Positions 23,404-37,327 of a DNA stretch of 64,000 nt are shown piece after piece. Where the stretch lies: assembly GCF_031769215.1 (NCBI RefSeq), contig NW_026782173.1, positions 1,736,001-1,800,000 of the forward strand, given 5' to 3'. The position numbers and the translations under genes are program-made. A model generated the notes under the pieces. It made no database searches. It saw only the letters and a program-made list of their open reading frames with translations, and was not told the origin of the DNA. Each line of letters begins with the position of its first letter. Position 1 is the stretch's first letter. This DNA comes from Ylistrum balloti (Eukaryota).

Positions 23404-26400
23404 TCAGTGAGCTGGTACTTTGTTGACATAATTCATGATAGCATTTTGTAACACTTGAGCTCGTTGGCTTTCTTCCTCTCGTATACCGTTGAGTTCTGCC
23501 TCCCTTGATTTTAACCTTCTTTTCAAATCCTCAGTCTCCAAGTCCTTTTCTTCCAGAAGTTGTCTGTGTCTGAGAAGTTGTTCTGGAAGTAAATATTGAA
23601 TTTTTAGACACATGATCTGGTAATGCCTTGACTGAAGTATAGAATGCAGTGATATACCAGTAAAGCTGAAGGAAACAGCCTCAACATAGCTCTGATAATC
23701 TACAAAGTACATAATTATACAGAACAACTAACGTCCTTATAATTTGAGAAGTTTAATTAAAAGAGGATAACCAGTTTGAAATTGGCTGGTCTATAAATAT
23801 TAGTCTGTAGTTTGTGATCTTTAGTGTACATCTATACTGACAGGACCGTACCTGTATATATTACATGTCTATATTGCTGGTGGTGTGAGATTTAATCAGC
23901 CCCTATACACTTACCTGACATCTTTCTGTCAGCTTCCCCCAGTTGCTCCCTGAGTTCGGCCTGGATTTTCCTCTCCCCATCAAGCTTAGTGAGTGTTTGA
24001 TTCAAGTCTATCTTTACCTTACCCACTTCAGACAGTGTTGTCGTGTTCTTTTCAGATAACTCCTGTGGATTGGTGAACAAAGCCATTTTTATTTTTATTC
24101 ATTTCATGAAATTTATCCATTCCAATATTTTTCTGTCCTAGCCAATATGATGGTTTCATAACGATCCATGAAGAATTAGAAAGACATTAGCTTATAGAGA
24201 CAAAACATATGATGTTACAGAATGCCTCTATCTCTGGTTATAATAAAGCATCTGAACATATGAAGTGTCCCAAAATATCTAAATCTATTTGGAATAATGG
24301 GTATTGTCTGTGTTAATCCATTTAAATGCCTTTAACAGTAGTAGTCTATAAAACTAAATTTAAGAAAGGTAGTATTCAGGCCACAGAGTCACTTTTATCT
24401 TGTATTGTGATACTGTGTATCACTCACCTGCTGAAGCTCTTCCACCCGCCTTTTCATCAGTTCAAGCTCCATGGTGAGCGAGCTGTTTTTGGACTGTAGT
24501 TCCGATGCTTGGCCTGACATCTGGTTACACCGTGATTGGAGCTCATCTTTAAGGTGCATCTCCAGCTTCAGCTTTTCCTCCATATGTTGTTGACGAAGAT
24601 CCTTCAATTAGAGTCAGTCAATAAACTGTTTTAGTTAATAATGAGTTACCTCCCTTCCCACCCAAAAAAGAACATGATTACCCCCGCCCCTTACTCTCAA
24701 AACAATGTACAACTATATTATTTCTCTAGGATATAAAAAAAGGCCTCAAGTAAATTGGATGTTAATCTGTCATACCTCCTCACTTAGGAGTTTCTGTTTA
24801 GCGAGACTGAGCTGTTCCTCATGGTGAAGTTTGTTGTTCATATTTGCGTTTTTGTGTTTACTGATCTCCTCCTCTAAGGCCAGTCTTGTCATCTCCAGCT
24901 TCTGAATCCTTTCACGCAGGGCACTCTCTGTTTCCTCAGCCTCTTGTCGTACTCTTGCCACCTGTACAAGGAGACATGATCAATGTTACCTTCCACATTT
25001 GTTATTTACAGTGCACCCGACCACTAACAAACCTTAAACGTTACAAATTCATAAAAATAGTTTCAATTTAAATAATTACCAACAATTCTAAGTTGACAAG
25101 ATAAAATTTGTCCATGGATCCTTAAGACATAAAATTAAATCAATCTCTGCCCTGCCCACTACAACTGGATTTTTCAGGAGATCTACCTGCTCACAGCCCT
25201 GATATCCCTTTTTAGTTAGTTAGTTACAGGTTTTATGTGTCCGTGATCCCTCCCGTTTCTGGATATCATCTAAGTGATGAACGTCAGTGTTCTTGCAATA
25301 TGAACCACAGTACCCCAAGTCGAGCTCTACAGAATTTCAACAACACAGTCTGGCTAATACACATTGATAGTTTACCTCTTTTTGTCTGATCTGCTCTGCA
25401 TCTCTTAAATCATCCTTATGTCGTATCCGTTCTTGTTGTAGACGCTCTGCAAACATTGAAAGACGTTTATCATTTTGATTTCTATACAATACAAAGATGT
25501 TTATAATCATCAAAGAAATGTGAGTTCTTTTCTCTGAATCTCACACCTTCATGCCTCTGCTTACTTTTTTTTCTGTTGTCTATGTAAACAAACATGATCT
25601 GTGTCCCATGTAACTTATAAATGTGACCTTAACCTTTTTTTCTTTATTCATTGTGTCAAATTTTAAATGTTTACCATCAAAATGTGTTCCTTTCAGTTTC
25701 AATTCTGCTGTTAAGTGTGTAATTTGTTCCTTCAACTCAAATATTTGATCTTGCTGTAGCCGACATTTCCTTTCTGCATCCTCCAACTGAGAACAAATCA
25801 AGGGGAGATCATTTATAGAAAGATATCACTCTCTGGACACAAAGGGCAAATCATTATACAAAGATATCGCTATCTGGACACTTCAGTTCACAAAAAATAT
25901 CACTCCCTGGACACCAAGGGCAAATCATTATACAAAGATATCACTCCCTGGACACTTCAGTTCACAAAAAATATCACTCCCTGGACATCAAGGACAAATC
26001 ATTGTACAAAGATATCACTCCCTGGACACCAAGGGCAAATCATTATACAAAGATATCACTCCCTGGACATCAAGGGCAAATCATTGTACAAAGATATCAC
26101 TCCCTGGACACCAAGGGCAAATCATTATACAAAGATATCACTCCCTGGACACCAAGGGCAAATCATTATACAAAGATATCACTCCCTGGACACCAAGGGC
26201 AAATCATTATACAAAAGATATCACTCCCTGGACACCAAGGGCAAATCATTATACAAAGATATCACTCCCTGGACACAAAGGGCAAATCATTATACAAAGA
26301 TATCACTCCCTGGACACCAAGGGCAAATCATTATACAAAGATATCGCTATCTGGACACCAAGGGTAAACCATTATACAAAGATATCACTCCCTGGACACC

Positions 26401-29400
26401 AAGGGCAAATCATTATACAAAGATATTGCTATCTGGACACTGCAGTTCACAAAAAATATCACTCCCTGGACACAAAGGGCAAATCATTATACAAAGATAT
26501 CACTCCCTGGACACCAAGGGCAAATCATTATACAAAGATATCGTTATCTGGACACCAAGGGCAAATCATTATACAAAGATATCACTCCCTGGACACTGCA
26601 GTTCACAAAAAATATCACTCCCTGGACATCAAGGGTAAATCATTATACAAAGATATCGCTATCTGGACACTTCAGTTCACAAAAAAATCACTCCCTGGAC
26701 ACCAAGGGCAAATCATTATACAAAGATATCACTCCCTGGACACAAAGGGCAAATCATTATACAAAGATATCACTCCCTGGACACAAAGGGCAAATCATTA
26801 TACAAAGATATCATTCCCTGGACACAAAGGGCAAATCATTATACAAAGATATTGCTATCTGGACACTGCAGTTCACAAAAAATATCACTCCCTGGACACA
26901 AAGGGCAAATCATTATACAAAGATATCACTCCCTGGACACCAAGGGCAAATCATTATACAAAGATATCACTCCCTGGACACCAAGGGCAAATCATTATAC
27001 AAAGATATCACTCCCTGGACACTGCAGTTCACAAAAAATATCACTCCCTGGACATCAAGGGTAAATCATTATACAAAGATATCGCTATCTGGACACTTCA
27101 GTTCACAAAAAATATCACTCCCTGGACACCAAGGGCAAATCATTATACAAAAGATATCACTCCCTGGACACCAAGGGCAAATCATTATACAAAAGATATC
27201 ACTCCCTGGACACCAAGGGCAAATCATTATACAAAGATATCACTCCCTGGACACAAAGGGCAAATCATTATACAAAGATATCACTCCCTGGACACCAAGG
27301 GCAAATCATTATACAAAGATATCACTCCCTGGACATCAAGGGCAAATCATTATACAAAGATATCACTCCCTGGACACTTGTATCCAGGAAATATACTGTA
27401 TTTTCCTTTACACTCATTACTTTTATTCACACAAAAAAAGTATACAATAAAGTATAAACATACCTTTGTCTCTAACTGGATATTCTTGTCATGTGCCACA
27501 GACACCTCCTTGTAGAGTTTTGCCTCAGTAACTGAACGATCCTGAAACAATGAGAACATTTTTTTTTTCTTAAAACCTCAAATTTTACAAGGATATTTAA
27601 ATGATGATGGGTCAAGCAAATGACTTTTAATGTTGACCCTATAACATACATATCAGTTAAATGGATTTCCCCAAGTAGACATAAACTAGAAGTGTAATAT
27701 AATGGCTAACTAAACACCCCTCCCCAGTAAAATTCCTTTCAATAATACCAAAACAAAGGTGGTCATGACACCCTGGCAAATCACATCTATAAAATAAAAA
27801 CCGACACAACCAAACAGCTACCCAATTTACCAATATTCACATAAGTACTAGGCAAATAGTCAAATCAAAATACAAGTCTGAATTGTGTAAATTTGTTATC
27901 ATGACATCAAACTCACCTCCTGGTATCTGCGTAGATCCTCCTGGTGGCCACCCACCTTATCTGATAACTCCTGTTTTAGTTTGCTTATTAGCATAGAGTA
28001 ATCATTACATTTCTGTTCTGTAAGGGCAAGTTCAGACTCTGTCATGGCAAGTCTAGATTTAACAGAGCAAGAAACACATAATGATATAAGATTTAAATGA
28101 CAACTTCAGGAAACTGAAGAAATTTGAAGTCATGGTTTTACACACATTAATCAGCATATGTACAGTATAGTTCCTGATAGCTGAATAGGCAAGTAGCACA
28201 AGTAGGAGTATAGTGTATTAGTGTACTGATTAGAAGTATAGTGTACTAGTGTACTGATTAGAAGTATAGTGTACTAGTGTACTAGTGTACTGATTAGAAG
28301 TATAGTGTATCAGTGTACTGATTAGAAGTATAGTGTATCAGTGTATTGATTAGAAGTATAGTGTATCAGTGTATTGATTAGAAGTATAGTGTATTAGTGT
28401 ACTGATTAGAAGTATAGTGTATTAGTGTACTGATTAGAAGTATAGTGTCCTAGTGTACTAGTGTACTGATTAGAAGTATAGTGTATTAGTGTATTGATAA
28501 GAAGTATAGTGTATTAGTGTACTGATTAGAAGTATAGTGTACTAGTGTACTGATTAGAAGTATAGTGTACTAGTGTACTGATTAGAAGTATAGTGTATCA
28601 GTGTACTGATTAGAAGTATAGTGTACTAGTGTACTGATTAGAAGTATAGTGTATTAGTGTACTAGTGTACTGATTAGAAGTATAGTGTATTAGTGTACTA
28701 GTGTACTGATTAGAAGTATAGTGTACTAGTGTACTGATTAGTAAGTATAGTGTGATTAGAAGTATAGTGTATTAGTGTACTGATTAGAAGTATAGTGTAC
28801 TGATTAGAAGTATAGTGTACTAGTGTACTGATTAGAAGTATAGTGTACTAGTGTACTGATTAGAAGTATAGTGTACTAGTGTACTGTACTAGTGTACTGA
28901 TTAGAAGTATAGTGTACTAGTGTACTGATTAGAAGTATAGTGTACTAGTGTACTGATTAGAAGTATAGTGTACTAGTGTACTGATTAGAAGTATAGTGTA
29001 CTAGTGTAGAAGTGTACTGATTAGTGTAAGATTAGAAGTATAGTGTACTAGTGTACTGATTAGAAGTATAGTGTATTAGTGTACTGATAAGAAGTATAGT
29101 GTACTAGTGTACTGTTAGAAGTAAAGTGTACTAGTGTACTAGTGTACTGATTAGAAGTATAGTGTCCTAGTGTACTAGTGTACTGATTAGAAGTATAGTG
29201 TCCTAGTGTACTAGTGTACTGATTAGAAGTATAGTGTACTAGTGTACTGATTAGAAGTATAGTGTATTAGTGTACTGATTAGAAGTATAGTGTACTAGTG
29301 TACTGATTAGAAGTATAGTGTCCTAGTGTACTAGTGTACTGATTAGAAGTATAGTGTCCTAGTGTACTAGTGTACTGATTAGAAGTATAGTGTCCTAGTG

Positions 29401-32400
29401 TACTAGTGTACTGATTAGAAGTATAGTGTCCTAGTGTACTAGTGTACTGATTAGAAGTATAGTGTACTAGTGTACTGATTAGAAGTATAGTGTACTAGTG
29501 TAATGATTAGAAGTATAGTGTACTAGTGTACTGATTAGATTTATAGTGTCCTAGTGTACTGATTAGAAGTATATAGTGTAGTATAGTGTATAGTACTGAT
29601 TAGAAGTATAGTGTATTAGTGTACTGATTAGAAGTATAGTGTATTAGTGTACTGATAAGAAGTATAGTGTATTAGTGTATAGTGTACTGATTAGAAGTAT
29701 AGTGTACTAGTGTACTGATTAGAAGTATAGTGTATTAGTGTACTGATAAGAAGTATAGTGTACTAGTGTACTGATTAGAAGTATAGTGTACTAGTGTACT
29801 GATTAGAAGTATAGTGTATTAGTGTACTGATTAGAAGTATAGTGTATTAGTGTACTGTACTGATTAGAAGTATAGTGTACTAGTGTACTGATTAGAAGTA
29901 TAGTGTATTAGTGTACTGATTAGAAGTATAGTGTACTAGTGTACTGATTAGAAGTATAGTGTATTAGTGTACTGATTAGAAGTATAGTGTATTAGTGTAC
30001 TAGTGTACTGATTAGAAGTATAGTGTACTAGTGTACTGATTAGAAGTATAGTGTATTAGTGTACTAGTGTACTGATTAGAAGTATAGTGTACTAGTGTAC
30101 TGATTAGAAGTATAGTGTATTAGTGTACTAGTGTACTGATTAGAAGTATAGTGTATTAGTGTACTGATTAGAAGTATAGTGTACTAGTGTACTGATTAGA
30201 AGTATAGTGTATTAGTGTACTAGTGTACTGATTAGAAGTATAGTGTACTAGTGTACTGATTAGAAGTATAGTGTACTAGTGTACTGATTAGAAGTATAGT
30301 GTACTAGTGTACTGATTAGAAGTATAGTGTATTAGTGTATTGATAAGAAGTATAGTGTATTAGTGTACTGATTAGAAGTATAGTGTATTAGTGTACTGAT
30401 TAGAAGTATAGTGTACTAGTGTACTAGTGTACTGATTAGAAGTATAGTGTATCAGTGTACTGATTAGAAGTATAGTGTACTAGTGTACTGATTAGAAGTA
30501 TAGTGTATTAGTGTACTAGTGTACTGATTAGAAGTATAGTGTACTAGTGTACTGATTAGAAGTATAGTGTACTAGTGTACTGATTAGAAGTAAAGTGTAC
30601 TAGTGTACTGATTAGAAGTATAGTGTATTAGTGTACTGATTAGAAGTATAGTGTACTAGTGTACTGATTAGAAGTATAGTGTATTAGTGTATTGATAAGA
30701 AGTATAGTGTATTAGTGTACTGAATGGAAGTATAGAAGTAAAGTGTATTAGGGTATTCAGTGTAAGGGTATTGATAGGAAGTATAATGTACTAATTGTTA
30801 TTATACTAAACAAATAAGATCTTATCACTTACTTAGAAGCTACAGAGTTAAACGAAGCTTTCCTTTCTTCCAGGGCTTCGTGTAGATTGGTGATTTTATC
30901 AGCTGAAGACCTGATCAATAAGAACAAGACGAATTAATTGGTTACTGATACATGTAATAAAGATCTTTCTCTTTTAATCTGAATCATGATTTCAACCTGA
31001 TTTTATCAGACAAAACAAAACTCAATTCCATTCATTTATATCATAAGTCAATAGTATCTACGTAGAATAGAATGTGCATGTTTCAGAAATTTCATTAACC
31101 TTATATTTTATAAATACACATATACACCTGTCTTTCCATGATTATTTAGTTATATTTGAAGCATTTGGCACTCATGAGTAAAATGCTTATATATGAGTAA
31201 CTATAATTGTTTTACAACAGTTTACCTTTTGGATCGGCGTAGCAGCTCTTCTTGTTTGTCTATAGTATCCATGAGGTCATTCATCTATGAGAATTGTAAG
31301 GTCAAAGGTAAAAAGTCAATCGAAAACTCAAACATTAAAACCACACATTTATTATGTTTTTATCAAATGAAGCTTTTCTATCAAATAATTCACTATCATT
31401 TGATCCAACATGAAAAACGAGGAGCAAAACAGAGGTCAAGTCAGCCTTACCAGGAAGTGTACAACACTTCTTACCACCTGTAATGTCTTGTCATGTTCCT
31501 ACCTGTAATGACTTGTCATGTTCCTACCTGTAATGACTTGTCATGTTCCTACCTGTAATGACTTGTCATATTTATACCTGTAATGACTTGTCGTGTTCCT
31601 ACCTGTAATGACTTGTCATGTTCCTACCTGTAATCCTACCTGTAATGACTTGTCATGTTCCTACCTGTAATGACTTGTCATATTTATACCTGTAATGACT
31701 TGTCGTGTTCCTACCTGTAATGACTTGTCGTGTTCCTACCTGTAATGACTTGTCATGTTCCTACCTGTAATGACTTGTCATATTTATACCTGTAATGACT
31801 TGTCATGTTCCTACCTGTAATGACATGTCATGTTCCTACCTGTAATGACTTGTCATGTTTATACCTGTAATGACTTGTCATGTTCCTACCTGTAATGACA
31901 TGTCATGTTACTACCTGTAATGACATGTCATGTTCCTACCTGTAATGACTTGTCATGTTCCTATCTGTAATGACATGTCATATTTATACCTGTAATGACA
32001 TGTCATGTTCCTACCTGTAATGACTTGTCATTTTCCTACCTGTAATGACATGTCATATTTATACCTGTAATGATATGTCATGTTCCTACCTGTAATGACT
32101 TGTCGTGTTCCTACCTGTAATGACTTGTTGTGTTCCTCCCTGTAATGACTTGTCGTGTTCCTACATGTAATGACTTGTCATGTTCCTACCTGTAATGACT
32201 TGTCATGTTCCTCCCTGTAATGACTTGTCATGTTCCTACCTGTAATGACTTGTCGTGTTCCTACCTGTAATGACTTGTCATGTTCCTCCCTGTAATGACT
32301 TGTCGTGTTCCTACCTGTAATGACTTGTCGTGTTCCTACCTGTAATGACTTGTCGTGTTCCTACCTGTAATGACTTGTCGTGTTCCTCCCTGTAATGACT

Positions 32401-35400
32401 TGTCGTGTTCCTACCTGTAATGACTTGTCGTGTTCCTACCTGTAATGACTTGTCATGTTCCATTTGTTTCATATGCTTGGACATCATTGTGATCTTTTTA
32501 CTGTATTCTCCTGTTACTAAAGCACGGTCCTCGTTCTGACTTATGGCTGTTTCTACAACACAATACACTTGAAATGAACAAATGAAAATGCATTCATTTT
32601 GAGCTCAACAATTAAACAAATATTGTGAGTGAGGTTGGAGTGGGCAAATAAAGTTAACCTGGCAATGGCAGCATCAAATTTTAAAATATTTCAAAAGTTT
32701 TTGAGCAAATTCCTCAAGCTGTAATGGATCACCACCATCGAGCTGTTAGTTATAGAATTGTCTATTCATATTTTCTATATTAATGAGCCCAAAATGGACC
32801 AACTTTACATTGTTCAGCAAATGTTAAATTAAATTTCATTACATATCACAGAGTTGCTCTGATGAAATGTATAATTTATAACTTAAAAGTTTTCTTAACC
32901 TGAAGATTCAAGTTCTTTTTTTTAAAAAGACAGAAAATGCTATTATTTAACCAGACACCTGTAGAAACATTTTTGTGATTTTGTGATTGATAACTAATAA
33001 ATCTTTCATTTAATTTTCTCATCTAAGAAAAAGTGCCTTTCCCTATATTATATATATTTGTTGTTTTTTGTGTTGATATCTATTATTATAGAAAACTGAA
33101 AACAATTTCTTATGTAATATAGTCCAGAATTTAACCTGTTTAACCATTTGTCTACATCTTGAGTGTAATGGCTTACCAATAGACTTTAAGATATCTACAG
33201 GGATGTTGTTGCCAGCTAGCTCCATTCTACACAGGGTTTTATTAGTTTGTAACATTTCTAGTAAAGCACGGCCTCCCAACAGCCCAACATTGTTCCATCG
33301 TAAGTCTGAAAAAATTAACTTGTACTTATAAATAAAGGTATAGAAACACGTTTGGATTGTTCATCCTATTCGAAAGAGCTGGTATTGTAATATTTTGCTT
33401 TTTGAAATAAAACTACTTTTTACTAAAACTGAATAATTTTAAAGAAAACCAAACAATCTTGTAATTTACATACAAATGTACTTTATACATCTATGGAAGA
33501 TATACTGATAAATAGTGAGATATAAAATTGTTTGATTATATACTATTGAAATAAACAATAATCTTATACACTAAATATATCAATTTCTGAGTAAATGTAA
33601 AACAAATTACAAACTGAACGGTAAGTACCAACTAATATTGTCCTTACCCAGAGATCTTAGCGTGCTGTTCCTCTTGAGCCCTGCAGCAAGCTCTATGGCT
33701 CCGTCATGATTGATCTGGTTGTTCCTGATGTCTAGAGCCTGGAGACTATCATTGGAACCTACTCCCTCACAAAACAGAGCAAAGGAGTTGTCCAGCATCC
33801 CCAAGGCATTCCATTCCAGACACAAGCTGTGTACAAAAATAATTGGACTAGTTTGACAATCCACCAGAAATAAGTAACAATACTGTATATCATTTCCACT
33901 AAACACTTAAGTTTTAAACTGTCTTACCAGTACCCAAAATATTTGTAAATACGAAAATGAAAGTCCTTGTTACCATCAGTTTTTTAAACAAATGATCCAG
34001 CATCACCATGTACCTTTTCTTGTTCTAAAATGTTTTGACAGTAATATTTAACTACAAAGTTATCATCATTAGTCTCTATCTTATATTGAGAAAAATAAAC
34101 TATTCTACTCAGTAAAGATGTAAGCTTTGTAGTATACCTAAGGAGGGTGTGGTTGTGACGCAGCATCTTTCCAAGGAAGTCCACACCTGTTCCACGGATG
34201 TTGTTTCCCTAGAAGATAAAAGTATTTACTAGTTGGATGTTCTCTTTGATACTTTTTCAAATCTCAATTTTATGAATTAATTAGTTTACTGAAATAAATA
34301 TTTCTGGATAACTGGGTATGCAAAATGAGATAATAAAATCACAATGGCAGATGGTATAAATGAAACCACAACACAGTATCTCTTTATACATTAGCAAAAA
34401 GGAACATTTGTGCTGATAACCAACTACTTTATCTATAGCATGTTTATATATCTTAGAATGAATAAGATCGTTTCTCAAAATTCCTGTCAGTTTTTAATTC
34501 ATTAATTAAAACACAAGAATGACCCTTTTGTGTCCATGCTTCTCCATTATCAGGATTAAGTAAAAATTTAAGTGGAGAGAAATTCAGCTAAACAGAAATT
34601 TTAAACTTTAAAACGGCTCAATTAATTAACAAAGTCAAAATAAATTTAAAGTGAATTTCTTAATTTTAATATGTGTTGGAGAAGTTATATACTGATATAA
34701 GTATCTATTATTCCATGTTTTGTTGACAGCGTTCAAGGTTTTCCATAATAGCCGGTCGCCAGTCAATTTGACCGGTTACTTTGATCATTTGGCCACCTAC
34801 ACCAATCCAGTTCCGTAATAATGTTCCGTACACGACTACATGTACACGGCAGGCCAGCCTCCTACTTTCACTACACAGCCTACTACTAACAAAATTATGG
34901 AAAACCCTGAGCATTTGTACTTAAGAGAGAAACTGAACTAACTGCAAAACTTATACAAACAACTTTATCAACAAGTGACATAATTTATTCATGATTTCAC
35001 AAAGTAATATCACAGGAGTTTCATACAATACTGATGTCATGACTATTACATGGCACAACTTACTTATGTGATAAAATCCTTTCTTTAGTCTCAGTCCTGG
35101 TAAGTACATATATAAATAAAAATCTCACCTTCATGTCAAGTTTTTTACAGTAGTTGTTTGTGGAAAATCCATAAGCTAATCCTTTTACACCTGTAAATTA
35201 AGATGATATCACATAAAACACTACTTCAATTGGTACTATATTACCTTGGTATTTCAAAATTTTCAATTTATTTTCAACATAACATTTGATGGTATTTTAT
35301 CAATATATGAGTATAATGTTTCATACCATCTTCACTAAGCATACAATCAGCAAACTTGATTTCTCTGAAATTTTTGTCTGTGGCAATTGTTTTCCCAAGG

Positions 35401-35879
35401 GCGTGGCATGTTTTAGCTGATAAACTGTTTGTTGACAGATCTAACACATGTTTTCCTTTCCCGCCTTCAAAACTACAAAAGAAATAATCCTTGTAACCAT
35501 TTTATATCATTCAATGGCTTTATATGTTTGTAAAAAACATCATATTACAAGTTATGGAAGGTAAGTTCTACAGGGATACTCTGTTTCATCCTCTTTGAAC
35601 TAACGATTATCATAATTGTGTGATTGGGCTTTCGATGTCAATAATGATTCCATCTTTCATTCTGTAATCCATAATCCAAAATAATCCTACTAATTTCAAA
35701 GTGTTTACAATGTTACACACATGGTATTTATTTGTATATAAATAACAAAACACCTAGCATGTTCAAAAGACTTGTACATTCAACATTTCTTACCTTTTTA
35801 ATTGGGTTAAAACACAATCCTGGGGTTCAATGTGACTTTCTTTACAAAGGCGCTGGAATACATGTCTGAAGCTCTCCAT
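23404..35879 (-). CDS. LRRC45: Leucine-rich repeat-containing protein 45 (centriolar LRR + coiled-coil protein), 668 aa, 17 coding exons
   Basis: Exons in transcript order: 35879-35794, 35472-35327, 35190-35129, 34208-34138, 33826-33648, 33305-33177, 32552-32440, 31284-31226, 30910-30833, 28052-27917, 27541-27464, 25786-25675, 25446-25376, 24961-24776, 24601-24428, 24062-23915, 23582-23404; total 2007 nt, phases consistent. MESFRHVFQRLCKES, LEWNALG, DLRWNNVGLLGGRALL, ELAGNNIP and C-terminal REEESQRAQVLQNAIMNYV match human LRRC45 as recalled. Confidence 0.95.
25805..27380. repeat. 41-bp minisatellite (~39 copies, with 33- and 42-bp variants) filling LRRC45 intron 11
   Basis: Unit AAAGATATCACTCCCTGGACACCAAGGGCAAATCATTATAC; it abuts and resembles the exon 12 acceptor. 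Confidence 0.96.
28205..30770. repeat. 28-bp minisatellite (~85 copies) with a variable 8-bp subunit in LRRC45 intron 9
   Basis: Unit GTGTACTGATTAGAAGTATAGTGTACTA; extra GTGTACTA octamers give 36-bp units. Confidence 0.96.
31474..32460 (-). repeat. 25-bp minisatellite (~39 copies) made of the LRRC45 exon 7 3' end plus donor site
   Basis: Transcribed-strand unit GAACATGACAAGTCATTACAG|GTAG; the first copy is the coding exon end (EHDKSLQ). Confidence 0.96.
34734..34909. mobile_element. 176-bp MITE, hAT-like termini
   Basis: 16-bp TIRs CAAGGTTTTCCATAAT (34734-34749) and ATTATGGAAAACCCTG (34894-34909), one mismatch; internal CCGGTC...GACCGG. No TSD recognised. Confidence 0.6.
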
Positions 35880-37061
35880 ACTTCCACTGTGTGACACAAG
35901 AGAATAAATTTTGTGTTTAATAATTGGCTTCTGTCCATTTGAGACATATAGTTATGTCACTTAGTCAATAGCTTCTTGGATAATGTTTTGACTGCAAGAA
36001 ATCATTGACAACTACAAACATGCTAAACTTGTCACATAACAGTAAACCCTTGACACTAATGATACATTCTTCTTTGGAATTAGACCAAACTGAGGTAACA
36101 TGTTTGGAGGATATAAATGGTAATACTTGTAATCAGTAAAGATTTTAACCCTCATTATTGTATAAATTTGTCAAAATTTCCAAAATAATAAGCAAAACAA
36201 TTTTTCATAATAACTTGCTGTTCACTTGTTTGTGAATAGTGCAATGGTTGGAACTGTCTTGTTGCAAAGACAGCTCAAAGTTAAACATTGCCTTCATAGA
36301 ATCTAAAATAGTGTGCAACCTATATATGATTTTAGCTAAAGGTTGTCACTTCTTTGATGTACCATGTAAAGTATTAAAAATGTTACAAAATATCATGTCA
36401 AATAAAACATCACAATTAAGATACCTATACTCCATCAACTCCAACATAAAAGATGACTGTTATTTATAGATTTCACTAATGACAATGGAAACAAATATAA
36501 GAAATTATTAGCAATTTCCTTGCCTCTAGATGGAAAGAGAGTTTTGTCATACCATTTTTTTACCATTAATTTCGATGCTTATTAATTATACAACTAAAAC
36601 TTGACAATTAATTGCAGTAAAATTCGATTTCATAGAAAACTAAAATCACTATGATATAATTTTAAAGAAAAAGTAAAAAGAATATATCGTAAATCAAAGA
36701 AATATAGCTGGCTGTTTAAGGGTCATAAAAACTCAATGTATTTATTACACAGACCAGGACCGTTATAACAGTGTTTTTATTCGTACAGTATTCTAAACCT
36801 GCACATACAACTATATAATATATAAAATATATGTATTGACAATAACTTCTTGTTATCTGACCGAGAACTAGAGAGTAGGTCCCAAAGTAAGCAGATCATA
36901 AACATAAACAATCGAGTTGACCGTGTTGTGTTCAGACTTGCAGTTTACAATTAAATGTTATTTTACTCCAAAACAAATAACTTTAACATCAAGGTATGTT
37001 CCTAAAAGGGAAATCGAAGTTTCATAATTTCATTGTCAATATATACATTGCATTCATTTAC

Positions 37062-37327
37062 CTGGTTATCGCGAAATGCTCTACAAATAAAATGTCACTG
37101 CAACAGTTTTCCTTTCATACCGCCATTTTGAAACTTTTTGTTGCTATTCTCCGAAGTCCCAGAAATGTTTTAAAATTTAGCAAATTATTGCAGCTCTTTA
37201 CTCAAGCGTTTTATTGACAGCGAAAACATGTATTTCCTATCTTCGACGCAAAAGAGTCGATGTTATTTGTAAACAGAGATCATGTGGCGTGTAGACTAGA
37301 GCATTGACGTCGGAGGGTATCGTCATC
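37062..37327. promoter_or_regulatory. Putative bidirectional promoter of LRRC45 (-) and LRRC20a (+), including a likely non-coding LRRC45 first exon
   Basis: Minus-strand donor CAG|GTAAAT at 37062; YY1-like AAAATGGCGG (minus, ~37120-37129); TGACGTC at ~37305; local CpG enrichment; LRRC20a ATG at 37328. Confidence 0.55.

Noticed and set aside
26002-27064. YKDITPWTPRANHYTK ORFs
   Set aside because: 41-bp unit shifts frame every copy; lies in LRRC45 intron 11 on the opposite strand.
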